From contig NC_045696.1 in assembly GCF_009834535.1 (NCBI RefSeq), positions 20,214,001 through 20,278,000 on the forward strand: DNA of 64,000 nucleotides, written 5' to 3'. Below the pieces are notes generated by a model that saw only the letters and a list, made by a program, of their open reading frames with translations, did no database searches and was not told the origin of the DNA. Shown piece by piece: positions 1 through 13,669 of this stretch (position 1 is the stretch's first letter; the number at the start of each line of letters is the position of its first letter). Source of the DNA: Camelus ferus. Taxonomy: Eukaryota. A program made the position numbers and the translations under genes.

Positions 1-3000
1 TTGATCATCTATTAACAAACACCTCTCTGTCCAAGGTTTTTAGGGTGTAATATGTAAAACAAAAGAAACACAATGAACTCTAAACTGTGACCCCGTCTGG
101 TGAACACACAGATCAGCAAGCAGGCTAGTGTGGTCAGAGCAAAATGAACAAGGAGGCTAAAGGAGCAGGCTGTCCTAAGGGACCCAAAGTGTCCACACCC
201 CCTCAGTTTTAGCATTCTAGTTGCTCCAGTCTTAGGTTAACAACAGCCACAACCACATTATATTCTGATCTACTACATTCTATATTCATGCTGTATCTGC
301 TTTATTATTTCATCATTTTTTGTTGGGGATATGGGCGGAGGCCTTCTGGGAGAAGAACTGTGGATATGCCAAGCCACAGCTAAAATCCTGTTCATGGTTA
401 TGCATGTGCCCCAATCTGATGGTGTTTAGATAAGGAGCATTTTGTTTCTTGTAATTTTGGTTCCACTTTCAAGTTCAGAAGTGTCTGTTTTAGAATCAGA
501 TATCCTTGCTTTTGCCTCCACTCTCCAAATATTGTTCTCCCTTTAAAAAATGCAAATATTGAACATCATACTTGTAATTGTAAATGCAATATATCAGAGT
601 GCAGAACTAAACATTATTCAAGAATAGAAACAGAAGTGTCTGGTTTTGATCAGCTATGGAAGTAAAAATGAGGAGAGGTACAAAATAGAGAAGGGCAGAG
701 CGAGAAAGAGAGATTTTTCTCTAACTGGAATGCAGAGAGGTAGAATATTTCAAGAACTTTGAAGACATGATAATCTATTCTGAAAGCTCTTAACTGTTTT
801 AGGCTTCTTAACACAGAGTTGGGATCTCTGTCTTCTTTAGCAACTTAGAACATTTCTCCCTAGTGTTTTTCATATCACAGCTCACTGAGAAAATAACAGT
901 GTGTTAGACAAATGGAAGAGGCAAACTCTAGTAAAAGCAATAATTCCATGAACCCTGAAAGCCCCAAGCCCCACTGACCACTGTAAGAGTTGAGAGAATC
1001 AATAGCACAACATTACTGTTGGAGTCACGTCTTTTGAATGTTACAGTGCTTGAGAGGTTCTAGGTTGGAGATGAGTAAGGTTTGAAATCAGATTTGTATT
1101 TTTCTTTCATACTTTCTAAATTTGATGATTTCGCCAATCACCTTCATATTCAAATATTTGATTTTCATCTGCCATCAATAACTAAAATATTTTATATGCT
1201 TGACCAAATCCTACTGGGCTAAAGTCTGATTCTCCCACACTTGCTCTAGTCATTCTAACCCTTTATTTATCTTTTTTTTTTTTTTTCCCCGACTTGTTAC
1301 ATTGAAGGAAAAAACAAAACAGTGATCTCTGCCCTAGCACTGAACTTCTGGCTCATGTTGTGTTACCAACATGCAGGTAAAAAATCTTTTATATATTAAG
1401 ATTCTTTACCTAGGGTTCATAATATAACTTTTTAATTTAATTTTCTTATACAGTGAATATTGATCTACTAAAAATTCAGTACACATTCGAGATGTTAAAA
1501 ATAGATTTTCATTAAAAATGATGAAATGACATCACTGTGTGTGATTACTTTCCAAAATGTGTTTAAAACACATTCACAATTGAAACAAAATTGCATTTCC
1601 AAGGGAACACCACATTATACTTTTAAGATATATGTAGGTAATATAATATGTAATAACAAAGATCTTTTATTAATTCAGTTCCAACACTTTTTGAATAGTT
1701 AGATATATCTGCATTATATCAAATTCCACTAAATTAATAACATATAGTCAATTCCTTTTATTCATGCATACTTTAATGTAGCAAAGTAAAAGCATTGGCA
1801 TATTTCAATTCAAACATAAGCATTGAAAGTATGTAAGTGATTTACTAAAACTCATCACAGCATAGTTAGCTTATATAAAGAATATTTATTTACCAAGCCA
1901 GAATGGCCTTTCTGGCAAAAGGCTAATCCACTGGTTAGGAAATATTCAGAATGGAAGTCCAGAAAGAAGAAGTTGTGGAAGACAGCTGATTATAACCTTA
2001 GAGAGGGGTCCAGGTTTTGATTTTGATTTTTGCTTTCTTTTGAGAGCAAAAGTTTTCATATTATTCACTTTATTCCTGTTTTATCAGCATGTATGAAACA
2101 CAAGAGGGCCTTGTTAAAAGTAGCACTGAATGGATTATCCTTTTTCAAAAAAGGCTTTTCACCATTGTCTGACACCATCTGAAGTGCACTTGAGGAATCA
2201 AAGTTGGTCTGTCAACCATATAATTTCTGCTTTGTGATTTGAGAGAACTTTTAATACAGTAATACAGTGTGAAGTCTGGAATTGTACAAATATTATTGAA
2301 GAAGCTTTTATGTTTTGGAAAATGTAACTATTTTACATTATACAGTTTAGACAAAATTATAACTTCAGTAATACGTATTTCCACTATACCAAATACAGAA
2401 TAGTAATTTCTCTTATTAAATGGAAACAATATTAAATTATATTTATAAGCTGGAATATATCATCACAAAATGGTATAAATATGTTTCCTGCAATGATCTA
2501 CTGACTAAACAAAAAGGAAAAATTATTAGTTTCCTGCGAAGTTAGATTGGCTCATCAGATTCAAATGGGGCATAAACTGGAAAAAAATTAAAATACACCC
2601 TTTAATTAGTATCTTGGAAACATGGAATAACATTAGGTTTTCTTTCTATACACAAGGGAATTGATATTCTAAGATATTTAACTTATTTTAATCTGTTTAG
2701 CTTCTAAAAATTGACAGAGCTTAAAAATGTGCACTGAATAAAATAACAAAATGTGCACTAAATGAAATAAAATAATATATTATCTCTTTCTCTTCTTCTC
2801 ATATATTTTCTCTGTTATCTAATATAACATGTCAGAAGAGGAGTATTTCTTTTCCATAAATAAGCTATTATTTCTCAAAAATTTCTGTCCTGAAGAAGGT
2901 GATGATAAGTTTAAAGAGTTATCATGTTTCAATGCCATATTTTGGCAGCTATTCAGCGAATTAAACATTAACCAGAGTAGAGAAAGATATAAAGCTTTGA

Positions 3001-3213
3001 TTAAACAATTCATAACACTGATGATGTTGGCACAAAGAAAAGATTTGTTACAGGATTTCTAAGTTATAAGAATAGGGATTTTACTTAATCATTTTATGGC
3101 TAGTGCACACATTTAATTTAAAGCAAAAAAAAAAAAGTTATAGTATGGCATGATCATGTTGGCATTTTCTACATTGTAAAGAAAGTCAAAAACTTGAAAT
3201 ATAACTTTCAAAA

Positions 3214-4210
3214 AATTTTATTTAAGTATAGTTAATTTACAGTATTGTTAGTTTCTGATATACAGCAAAGTGATTCAGTCACATATATACATATATATTG
3301 CACACATATATATTATTTTTCATTTTCTTTTCCATTATTGTTTATTACAGAATATTGAATATAGTTCCTTGTGCTGTACCATAGGACCTTGCTGTTTATC
3401 TATTTTATATATAGTAGTTAGTATCTGTAAATCTCGAACTCCCTGTCTTTTGGTTGGAGCATTTAGTCTGTTTATGTTTATCTTCTGTATCTGTAGGTCT
3501 GTTTCTATTTTGTTATATTTATAAATTTGTTTGGTTTTTTTTAGATTACATATAAGTGAAAACAGGGCATTTTTCTTTCTCTGTCTGATTTATTTCACTG
3601 AGCATAACACTCTCCAGATCCATCCATGTTGTTGGAAATGGCAACAATTCATAGTTTTATGGCTGTGTCATATTCCACCATGTATATATGTCTCATTTAT
3701 TTTATCCACTTATTTGTCAATGGCAGTTAGAATGCTTACATATGTTGGCTATTATAAATAGTGTTGCTGTAAATATTGGGGTGCATTTATCTTTTCAAAT
3801 TAGTAGTTTCATTTTCTTCAGATAAATGTCCTAGAGGGTGAAATTGCTGATAATATAGTAATCCTGTTTTTCTTTTTTGAGGACCCTCCATTCTATTTTC
3901 CAGGGTGGCTGCACCAATTTATATTCCCATCAACAGTGTACTAGTATTCCTTTTTCTCCACATCCACACTAACACTTGTTACCTCTTGTCTGTTTTATGA
4001 TAGCTCTTCTGACAGGTGTGGGATGACATCTCATTGTGGTTTGGATTGGTATTTATCTGATGATTAGTGATGTTAAGCAGTTTTTTCTTATGCCTGTTGG
4101 CCATTTGTATGTCTTCTTTGGAAAAAAAAAATGCCTATTCAGGTCCTCTGCTCATTTTTAATCAGACTTTTTTTTTTATATATTCAGTTACATGAGTTTG
4201 GTATATTCTG
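3214..4210 (-). mobile_element. 5'-truncated LINE-1 (ORF2 3' end plus 3'UTR), older subfamily
   Basis: The + strand reads as antisense L1 3'UTR (tttaagtatagttaatttacagtattgttagtttctg...) followed by degenerate antisense ORF2 C-terminal sequence. It aligns by eye to the copy at 14430-15343. Confidence 0.9.
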
Positions 4211-4567
4211 ATAAAATTAATTTTACTATTATCTCCACACAGTGTTCAACTAGATAATTTAGTAATAACTAGGGACCACTATACTAGAAAGCATCTAAAC
4301 AGTTTTTCTCTCTTCTGTCTTCTCTAGAAGAATCTTTTGAGTTCTGGTGTTTTTTTTTTTTTAATTTAATATACTTATTTAGATCTAAGGTAAGAATAAA
4401 GATAAACCACAAAATTGGAAGAATTTGTTGAACTTTACATGCTTATATAAGCTTCCATTTTTTTCCACCTTAAACTATAAAATAAGACGCAGTACCTTTC
4501 TACTTACAGAATGGTCTGATACTTGAAAGCCCAATCATTCACGTACATTCATTAAAACATATTTTTA

Positions 4568-5528
4568 TTTTTTTATTTTTTAAACATTTTTTATTGATTT
4601 ATAATCATTTTACAATGTTGTGTCAAATTCCAGTGTAGAGCACAATTTTTCAGTTATACATGAACATATATATATATTCATTGTCACATTTTTTTCTCTG
4701 TGAGCTACCATAAGATCTTGTGTATATTTCCCTGTGCTATACAGTATAATCTTGTTTATCTATTCTAAAATTTTGAAATCCCAGTCTATCCCTTCCCAAA
4801 CCCCGCCCCCTTGGCAACCACAAGTTTGTATTCTATGTCTATGAATCTGTTTCTGTTCTGTATTTATGCTTTGGTTTTTTTTTTTAGATTCCACATATGA
4901 GTGATCTCATATGGTATTTTTCTTTCTCTTTCTGGCTTACTTCACTTAGAATGACATTCTTCAGGAGCATCCATGTTGCTGCAAATGGCGTTATGTTGTC
5001 GGTTTTTATGGCTGAGTAGTATTCCATTGTATAAATATACCACTTCTTCTTTATCCAGTCATCTGTTGATGGACATTTAGGCTGTCTCAATGTCTTGGCT
5101 ATTGTAAATAGTGCTGCTATGAACATTGGGTTGCAGGTGTCATCCTGAAGTAGGGTTCTTCCTGGATATATGCCCAGGAGCAAGATTCCTGGGTTATACG
5201 GTAAGTCTATTTCTGGTCTTTTGAGGAATCTCCATACTGTTTTCCACAGTGGATGCACCAAACTGTGTTCCCACCAGTAGTGTAGGAGGGTTCCCCTTTC
5301 TCCACAGCCTCTCCAGCATTTGTCATTTGTGGATTTTTGAATGATGGCCATTCTGACTGGTGTGAGGTGATACCTCATTATAGTTTTGATTTGCATTTTT
5401 CTAATAATTAATAATGTTGAGCATCTTATTTGCCTATTGGCCATTTGTATGTATTCCTTGGAGAATTGCTTGTTTAGGTCTTTTGCCCATTTTTGGATTG
5501 GTTTGTTTGGTTGTTTCTTATTAAGTCG
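4568..5528 (-). mobile_element. Young 5'-truncated LINE-1 with TSD
   Basis: Poly-T tail at ~4561-4592. ORF 4884..5546 encodes the L1 ORF2 C-terminus ([13 protein letters not shown]...[18 protein letters not shown]...YTMEYYSAIK). Flanking direct repeat aaacatattttta at 4555-4567 and 5529-5541. Confidence 0.95.
4884..5528 (-). pseudogene. LINE-1 ORF2 C-terminal remnant; Cys-rich motif mutated (HCWWEC to HYWWEH)
   Basis: ORF track translation. There is no EN or RT domain, and the annotated start lies in flanking non-L1 sequence. Confidence 0.9.
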
Positions 5529-5679
5529 AAACATATTTTTAAACATCCCTAACTTGGCTAAAGTAACTTGAAATTTAAACTTATGAAGATCTTCTCTTAA
5601 TAATTTGATGAAGTAATATACTTACAGAAATTGCAAAATAATAAATTATAGACTACATCATGTACATTGTAATAATGTC

Positions 5680-7120
5680 CATTCATTAAAAATTGATTCA
5701 TATTTTCAAATAAATCCTAAATAAAACTTCAGTAGGTTTTTGTGAAAACTGATAACATTGTTATAAAATATATATAGAAATACAAATGGACAAGAATAAT
5801 TAATCTAAGACTAACAAAGAAAGTTTAAGAAAGAAAATGAGGCCAGAACATATCAGGTATTGAGGTTTGAAAGGAAAAATTTAAGAGAGTGTGGTATTGG
5901 CATGTACATAAATAGGCTAATGAAGCATGACAGAATCCAGACATAGACCCACACACATATTACAAGTTGATTTATGGAAATGATGACGCTATGGAGCTGG
6001 GATGGGAAATAGTGCTGGGTCAATTGGATAGCCACATGTGAAAAATGAAACTTGTACTCCAGATCACATAAAGAAATGCCAGTCCTAAGTGGATTATTGA
6101 TCTAAAGGTAAAAGGTAAATAGAGCAAGCTTTTACAGAAAAATATAAGATAATATTATCTTGGCTTTGGGATAGGAAATAATTTTTAAAACTAGACACAA
6201 ATCTGCTGTCCATAAAAGTACAAATAGATATATTGGATTTCATTAAGATTAGGAACTGATTATTAAAGAATATCTTGGAATGAAAGAAAAGCCACCAAAT
6301 GGGAGGAGATATTTACAATATATATTACTTACAAAGCCCCAATACCCAGACTATAAAAAGAACTATAATAATTGAGAGAAATACAGGCAATCCAATAGAA
6401 ACATAGAGAAAATACTTAATGAACACTTTTCAGAGGAGGATATCAAAATGATCAATACACATATTACAAGGCAACCAGATTCATTAGCCACCACCCAGAA
6501 CGACTGAAATGAAATGTGGGAAAATGCTAAAAGTTAATCAGGATATAGAGCTACTGTTGATGTGAGAATAAATTTGTTAAAAAAAGTTTTCAGAAAACTG
6601 GCAATTCCATCAAAATCATACCCTAGGTTTCAGAAATTCTAATTCTATGTATGAATGTTCACTGAAAGACATTAAAATGTCTATCACTAACTGGAATAAT
6701 CAAGTGAACTGTGGAAGATTTACATATTAATTCATACATATGTATTAATGAGAATGACTGAATCACTGTTACATGATTAGCAACAGATTAGCAACAGATC
6801 TGAACTCTTAAACTTGAGGGAAAGAAGCAAGAAACAAAAGAAAAACCACTTTATAATTGATTTATATAGCTTAAAAATAAGCAAAACAAACCTAAAAATT
6901 TGAAAGACAGGTTAGTAGGTATTTTTCAGAGCCTGTAGTAATTGAGAATGGGTTTGCGAGGTCTTCTGGGTTGCTGGTAATACCCTGTTTCTCAACATGG
7001 GGGTTAGCTATCTGAGTAAGTTACCTTTATTAAAAAAAAAATAAGCCAAAAATTGATTTGTGTAATTTTCAATAGGTATGTTAAACTTCAAGATTAAAAG
7101 TCAAAATGTAAAAAAAAAAA
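5680..7120 (+). mobile_element. Ancient degenerate L1 (L1M-type) ORF2 3' region and 3'UTR
   Basis: Degenerate L1 motifs (gtgtggtattggcat..., gtgctgggtcaattggatagccacatg, gaggatatcaaaatgatcaatacacata) ending in an A-rich tail. Confidence 0.7.
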
Positions 7121-9163
7121 CTATGGGTTTGGAGATATGATTTTTATTTAGGATATTATCTTACTTTTTTTTCTTTCCTGACATTTTTTTAAGGAGCAAG
7201 AAAAGTGACTGCTCAATCTCATGTTTGTGCAAAATAAATTTGGCAGTTAATGTTAGTTTCAACATTCTTTTGGCTTTCCTTTAAGCCATACTTTATAGAA
7301 AGGACAGTTTGCATAAACAGCTCTAAAGTTATATGTCTCAGAATATCAATTTGGGAAATAAATGCTCTTGGTTTTATATTACCATTATTTTCCCTGTAAA
7401 TACATATTTCTTGTCTTGTGTCTGAATTAAAATGGGTGCATTTGACAGTAAAATATGCTTAAAAGGAAACTGAATAATCTATTGTCTAAAACGTTCACTA
7501 TAATTTTGGAGAAGAGAATAAAAGAAGAAACAATTATTTTTAATCAAAATTTTCTTGCCTTGATTACTGTGAATGTTCCTTTAAAGTCATCTTACTTCCA
7601 TTTTCTCTTTTCAGATGTGAGAACAGCAGTGCAAATCCTATTTGATGGAAGTGATGGTCACTAAAAAAATAGTTCATGTTGAGAATCTTTCCACTGCATT
7701 TGAGGAGTCTGTTCACATATTAATTTTATATGTGTATGTATGTGTACATCTGCATATATGCGTATGTAAGTGTATATGTTGGTCTCATCAAAAATTAGAA
7801 ATGGTATCAGAAAATATGGTCCTTATTAAATTGTGTGTTTTGCTCAGAGTTTATGATTCTTTCCCTCTATTTGAATTTCCTGGATGAAAGCCTGAAACTA
7901 TGACCATTAGCAGGTGTGGTTTTCAAAATGTAGCTCATTTATAAATAGATCATGATAAGAGGGCTAAAAAGGTTAAGATGTCTGAAATATTCTAGAAAAA
8001 AATATCACTATTGCAATGCATGTTCCAAAATAATCACTGAATCAGAGAAAAAAAGTTTTTCCATTTGTGACTGAAAATAAGAGTTTACAGTTCATATCTT
8101 CTGAAAACTGACAGTGCGGATGTTGGACAGGCTGAGGTCATAGTCGGAAATGAGGATGGAACACTTCATGAAGAAATGTCAAAGTTCCAAGATGAAAATA
8201 ATAATATATGACTAAGTTTCAGACCATCAGACTGAAAGACTGTGACTTCAGGGAGAGAAATATAGGAAAATTATATCTATAGGTGTTTTGACTTATTGCC
8301 TAATCCACAGATGAAGCAATACTCCTGACTAAATAAACAAATAAAGAAAAATTAGGAAGCGTTAAGTGACAAACATGTGACCTAGAAAAGGGAAAGACCT
8401 ATGTTTATGATTCAATTCTGTTTTATTTAGTATACTTTGAAATGGACCAAAACTATGTTATTAGAACCTTTTATTCTTAAAAGGGTATACTTTAGCCATC
8501 TTCATCCACTGGCTCTCTACAACCACATCATTTTATCTCCAGTTGCAGTTTAGCTTGGTTGGGGTAAGTCATGAATTTCTTATTCTTGAAAATATCTGGT
8601 GTTCTAGTCAGGCATTGACTTTCAGGAGATATTTTTATCTCAGTGTTTTATTAAAATTTATTTCAAATTATATGGCTATAGATCCTATAAAGAGCAATGT
8701 GATGATGTTTTCAACCCCAGGCAAATTATCTCCTTGACTTTCAAGATGAATGCAGGGAATGGGATACAATTAACCACAAGGAGAATAATTTTTGAAATCC
8801 TATTTTGAAAGTAGTTAGATCCAACAAGTCAAGCTTAGTGGACTGTAAGAGCTTTGTAGCATCATTTTACTCTGCTCTCTCATAAGTTTCATGGAGAAGT
8901 TCATATATGTCTAGAATCAAAACTGTGCAAGGATAGATAGTACATCCTTGCTAGACTATTCCTGTCCAATTACATTGATCTAAGTCAATAAACCCCCTTA
9001 AAAGTATGAATTCGCAAATTTCCACCACTTAGAAAAATTAATTTTAGCTCAAAGATTTTCTAATATGAAGCAAAGAATTCCAAAGAAATGGAAGGGAAAT
9101 ACTGGACCAGGAGCCCCCCTGAACTATATCTGGATATCTTAGAGTATACTTCTCTGTAGCATA

Positions 9164-9790
9164 TGACGGAAGAAATGTTCACCCATTGAGGTTTGAGGAA
9201 GTAATTCTGGTTTATACATGATTTAACTTGAACTTTAGGCTAACAAAAACAGCCTGTTTGTGGCCTGTTAAACATGCATTTTACATCTGCTTTAACCATT
9301 AAAAAAAAAAAAGAATGCATTTAAAAATCAAAATGGAGTAATTGTATTTCTGGCATCTAAAATGGTGCTGGGTGGCCATTATGGATGTGGCTTTATACAT
9401 GTTCCTGTATTATTAAGAACTTGAATTTTCTGAAGTGTATCAGACTCAAAAACACTACCAGTTGTTCTTAAAACAACATTTGCTAGCAGCTGCCAGCTGT
9501 AACCTTATGATCTCAAGGTCTCCCTTTGTAACTATGCAACCATTTTGGACCCTAATTAATCCTTACCTAACAAGCACCCTTACTTCTTGCCCAGTCCAAT
9601 TAGAATTCTTGACAAACTTATGTATTTTTACATATTTGCCTTTATAAGCCTCCCCTATTTTGTACTCCAGCGAAACACAGTTCAAGTGCTTCTTGAATCT
9701 GTGTCTCTTGGGCTATTGTCCCCAGTTTGGCTCAAATGAAACTCTGTTCTCTTCTTTTTGTCGATTGTTTATTGATTATTTCCATTGACA
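9164..9790 (+). mobile_element. Solo LTR, ERV1 class (MER4/MER34-group-like)
   Basis: TG...CA termini (tgacgg...ttgaca), exact 4-bp TSD cata at 9160-9163 and 9791-9794, TATA-like tttataa at ~9641, and U5-like gaatctgtgtctcttgggc...ggctcaaatgaaactct. Confidence 0.85.
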
Positions 9791-9834
9791 CATAGAACGT
9801 CTGGCCAGCAACATTATTTAAAAGCTATGTATTA

Positions 9835-10042
9835 TAGTGGACTCCTGAACGATACGGGTTTAACTCTATGGGTCCACTCATACATGGATTATTTTTCAAT
9901 AAATACATACTACATGATCTGCAGTTGGTTGAATTCACACATGTGCGACCACATCAACTAGGGAACTTTAGTATCTGCCACGGATGTTGGTATATGTGGC
10001 AGGTCGTGGAATCATTCCCCTACAGATACAGATGGATAACTG
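9835..10042. mobile_element. TcMar-Tigger non-autonomous element (MER2/MER8/Tigger2-like)
   Basis: Flanked by TA on both sides. Ends resemble Tigger TIRs (tagtggactcctgaac... / ...gatggataactg). Internal gggtccactcatacatggattatttttcaataaa. Confidence 0.75.
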
Positions 10043-10082
10043 TATTTTAAGTTTTTATGGTTCCTTCTTCCTTACCCTCAGG

Positions 10083-10084
<2 letters not shown>

Positions 10085-10116
<32 letters not shown>
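10085..10116. repeat. (GT)16 microsatellite
   Basis: Perfect dinucleotide run. Confidence 0.97.
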
Positions 10117-10120
<4 letters not shown>

Positions 10121-11894
10121 GCACTTACACGAGCCTTTTCTTGACAAAACATAAGACTGAAGTGGTGCCTTTTTTATAATTTTTAATATATTGTAGTGCT
10201 TGATAAATACTTGGATGACTAAATAAAGCAATCAAAACTGAAAATATGCACAGTTGCTAAGGTCTAAAATGATAAGAGTGTTTTCAAGGACTGAAATAAA
10301 ATAAAACCGAGATCAGACATAATGCTTGAAGACTAAGTGCAGGAAAAGAGAACATACACAAATAAATAGGAAATTAAGAAGGGGAGAGAAAAGTGGAGTC
10401 ACAGGCATTTATTCAGAACCATCCCCAATCTTTTGTCCCTTTATTGGGCTACTCTGGGTGACATATGAATTATCTGACTTGGCTTTAAGGGTCAGAGATT
10501 GTTTGGGCAACCTGCTGGTAAGAGGCATATAAGACACATTTTAGTGAATTTTCAAGAGCTGTTATTCCAAGAATAATTTAAGGCTAATTTTTATCATTCA
10601 TTTCAAGGACATAAAAGCTCTTCTAAAAGGTGAACATAAGAAAAACAGGTACTTATTATTAAGCTCCTTATAGCCAAAAGTATACCTCTGTAAATACTTA
10701 CCTTCTGATTATTTTCCTTGAAATCCCAAACAAATGAACTAAACATTTGAAAGAGTAGGAGATTAAAAATATTTGATGCAATAAAATAAGGAAAAGAAAC
10801 TATTCATGTAGATCTTATATAATGAAAATTAATTATCCCAGAATATCAAAGCCCATCATCTGACCCAAAAGAAACAGCTGTGAACAAAACTCTGGGCATA
10901 AATGGAATTCAAGCTTGAAGAAACATTCTTGATGGTAACTATTAGGTCAATTCTGGCTCAAAAGGACATGGATCCAATGAGTTAGAAATGGAAATGTGAT
11001 AGTAAAGGACATAAAGGACTTCAAGTAAATACTTGAGATTGCTTATAATCGTAATATATTTTCTTGGGTCCAAATAACCATTCTGAATTGATCATAAAGA
11101 TCCCTAGGAGCAATAATGCTTCAGAGAGAATATATTATATATTCTATACATATGTGCAGTATGTATATGCCAGCAGATAAGCCAGAAATGGCCATTTACA
11201 ACAGAGGGCTCCAAATTTCCTGTTAAAAACATATGTTAACTTCTGAGAAAACAAAAACACAAAAACCAAGATGACTTAGGGACCTATTTGAACAAAAGCA
11301 ATCACAACGTAAATTAGTATTTTTTTTTCAGGTTGTAAAAAAGTATGATAAGGATGTTGATGACATTATACAGTGAAAAATATTTCTAAGATTGAACATC
11401 AGTTGTCACACTTTCTCATTTGGGTTCCATACCATCCAAGTTTTCTTCCTACCTCATTTCCACATACAACTCCATCAATTATTCAATGCTTCTTCTTATC
11501 TAAACTTTTACATACTAAAATTCCTCCTAATATTTCATTATTTATCCCATGAGTTACTTAGAATTTTTTTTTATTTTGTCTTTGTGTGAAGATTTTACTT
11601 ACTAATTTTTTATTGTATTCTTACTTAATTACATTGGGACCAAAGGACCTGATTGATGTTTATGACACATTGTGACATTTGTTGTTATTTACTATATGGC
11701 TAATACATGATCAACTTTGCAAATATCCTACGTTTTATATCAATGTTAAGTATTTAAAGCTCATTAATTATAGTATTAAAATCTTTATTCTTAATAATTT
11801 TGTCAGTGTAATCTATAAATAACTGACAAACATGTAGATATATCATTTATGAAGGCAGATTTTTAAACAGAAAAGGAGTAAATCAATTTTAATA

Positions 11895-12452
11895 ATAGCT
11901 TTCTATTGCAATGTACCAAATTACCACACATTTAGTAGCTTTAGTTAATCCACAGGTTAACTCCTGCACAGCATTACTTTCTTCTCCATTCAGGGTACCA
12001 CAAGGCTGATATCAAGATGTTGGCTGAACTCAGGTCTCATCTGGGGGCTCTGGGGAAAATTTCTCTTCCATGTTCATTCTTTTTGTTGGCTAAATTTGTT
12101 TTCTTGCAGTTTTAAGACTAAGGTCCCTGTTTCTCAGCTGATTGTAAGCTGGTAGCTTTTCTTAGATTCTAGAGGCCACTTGAATTTATTACTATGTTCA
12201 CCCTGCCCATTTTCGATCAGTCAAATCCTTCCCACACTTCAAATCTATGACTTCTTTTTCTAATACTTGCTTTAAAAAACTCTTTTGATTAGGTCAGGTA
12301 TTGGATATTTTCCTTTTCAAAGTCCATTGCACCATGTAACAGAACGTGATCATGACACTACTGTTTATTATAACAGTCTTGGGAATTATGCATGGTGTGT
12401 GTATCAGGAGGGCAGAAATTTTGGGAGCCATCTTAAAATTCTACCTATCACA
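11895..12452 (-). mobile_element. MaLR LTR (MLT1E/F-like)
   Basis: tttctattgc...aaattaccac...caaggctgatatcaagatgttggctg...ttctagaggccac...gccatcttaaaattctacctatcaca. Confidence 0.75.
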
Positions 12453-12830
12453 AATATTATAGTAGCCATTCTCATGAGAGAAAATAGTTCAGTAGTCTGT
12501 TGATTTTTATTTTTTAGAGTTAATCTCTTTTAGGTTTGATTGTCAGGATTTTTCTGGCTTCAAAGTGAACTTAGACAATTTCCATTTTTGTTCAGGAACA
12601 ATGTCTATAATGTATCTATTCCATGAATGTTTGAAATGACTCTCCCCATAAAAGCTTCTGGGGCTGAAAAGTTTCTTCAGGCTAATTCTTTACCAGATTT
12701 TAAAATGTTCAATCTATGAGCATTTGTCTAATTTTCCAGTAAATATTAGACATTTTTATTTTTAAAAATAACATACTTTATCTTAATTTTTAATTAAGAG
12801 ATGTATATAAGATTGTTTTGGATTAAAAAA

Positions 12831-13240
12831 ATGCAGTATATACATACAATGGAGTATTATTCAGCCTTAAAAATAAAATTCTGCAATATGCCACAACATA
12901 CATAAAGTTTGAGGACATGATACTAAAGTAAATAAGCCAGTGACAGAAAGAGAAAAACTGAATGATTAAACTTACACGCAGTATCTAAAATAGTCAAATT
13001 TATAGAATTGAAGAGTAGAATGGTGGTTTTCAGAGGCCAGGGGGAGGTAGAAATGAGGAGTAACAAATCAATGGGCATAAAGTTTCAGCTTGCAAGATGA
13101 GTAAGTTCTGGTTCTTGGGTATATAACATTGTACCTATAGTCAAGACTGCATTGTACACTTAAACATTTATTAAAGGGTGGATCTCCTGTTAAATGTTCT
13201 TACCACAATAAATAAAATTTAAAACAATAAAAAAAATAAA
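12831..13240 (+). mobile_element. Old L1 3' end (L1MA/MB-like)
   Basis: catacaatggagtattattcagccttaaaa...gagtagaatggtggtttt...aatgttcttaccacaataaa plus an A-rich tail. Confidence 0.85.
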
Positions 13241-13669
13241 GATTACTCATGAGGTATACTTTTGATATTTAATGTTATGATTAATCTCATTTTCTAAATA
13301 TGTATTTATATATCAATTTTTCACCCTCCAATAAATTCCAAGTGCTGGAACATTTCTTTTCATGCATTTAATGTCTTTGCCTATGAAAAATAATGATATT
13401 TTTCTGGTTTTTCTTCAGTTGAAAAAGTTCTCCATTTTATAACCATCATATCTTGACTCTGATCCCATAATTTTAAAAAACTCATGCTTTTTTGCATGTT
13501 GACAGTTTCTCAGTTTTGACAACAATGTTACTAATACCCAACTTGGATTGTGAACTTTTATTTTTAGTTCAGTTTCAATTGTGCTAACCATATTATGCTC
13601 ATTTAGTCTTTTCTGAGTTAGACCTATTCATCAGAGTCTATTGTTTTAGCATAACTCCATTTAATTTTT

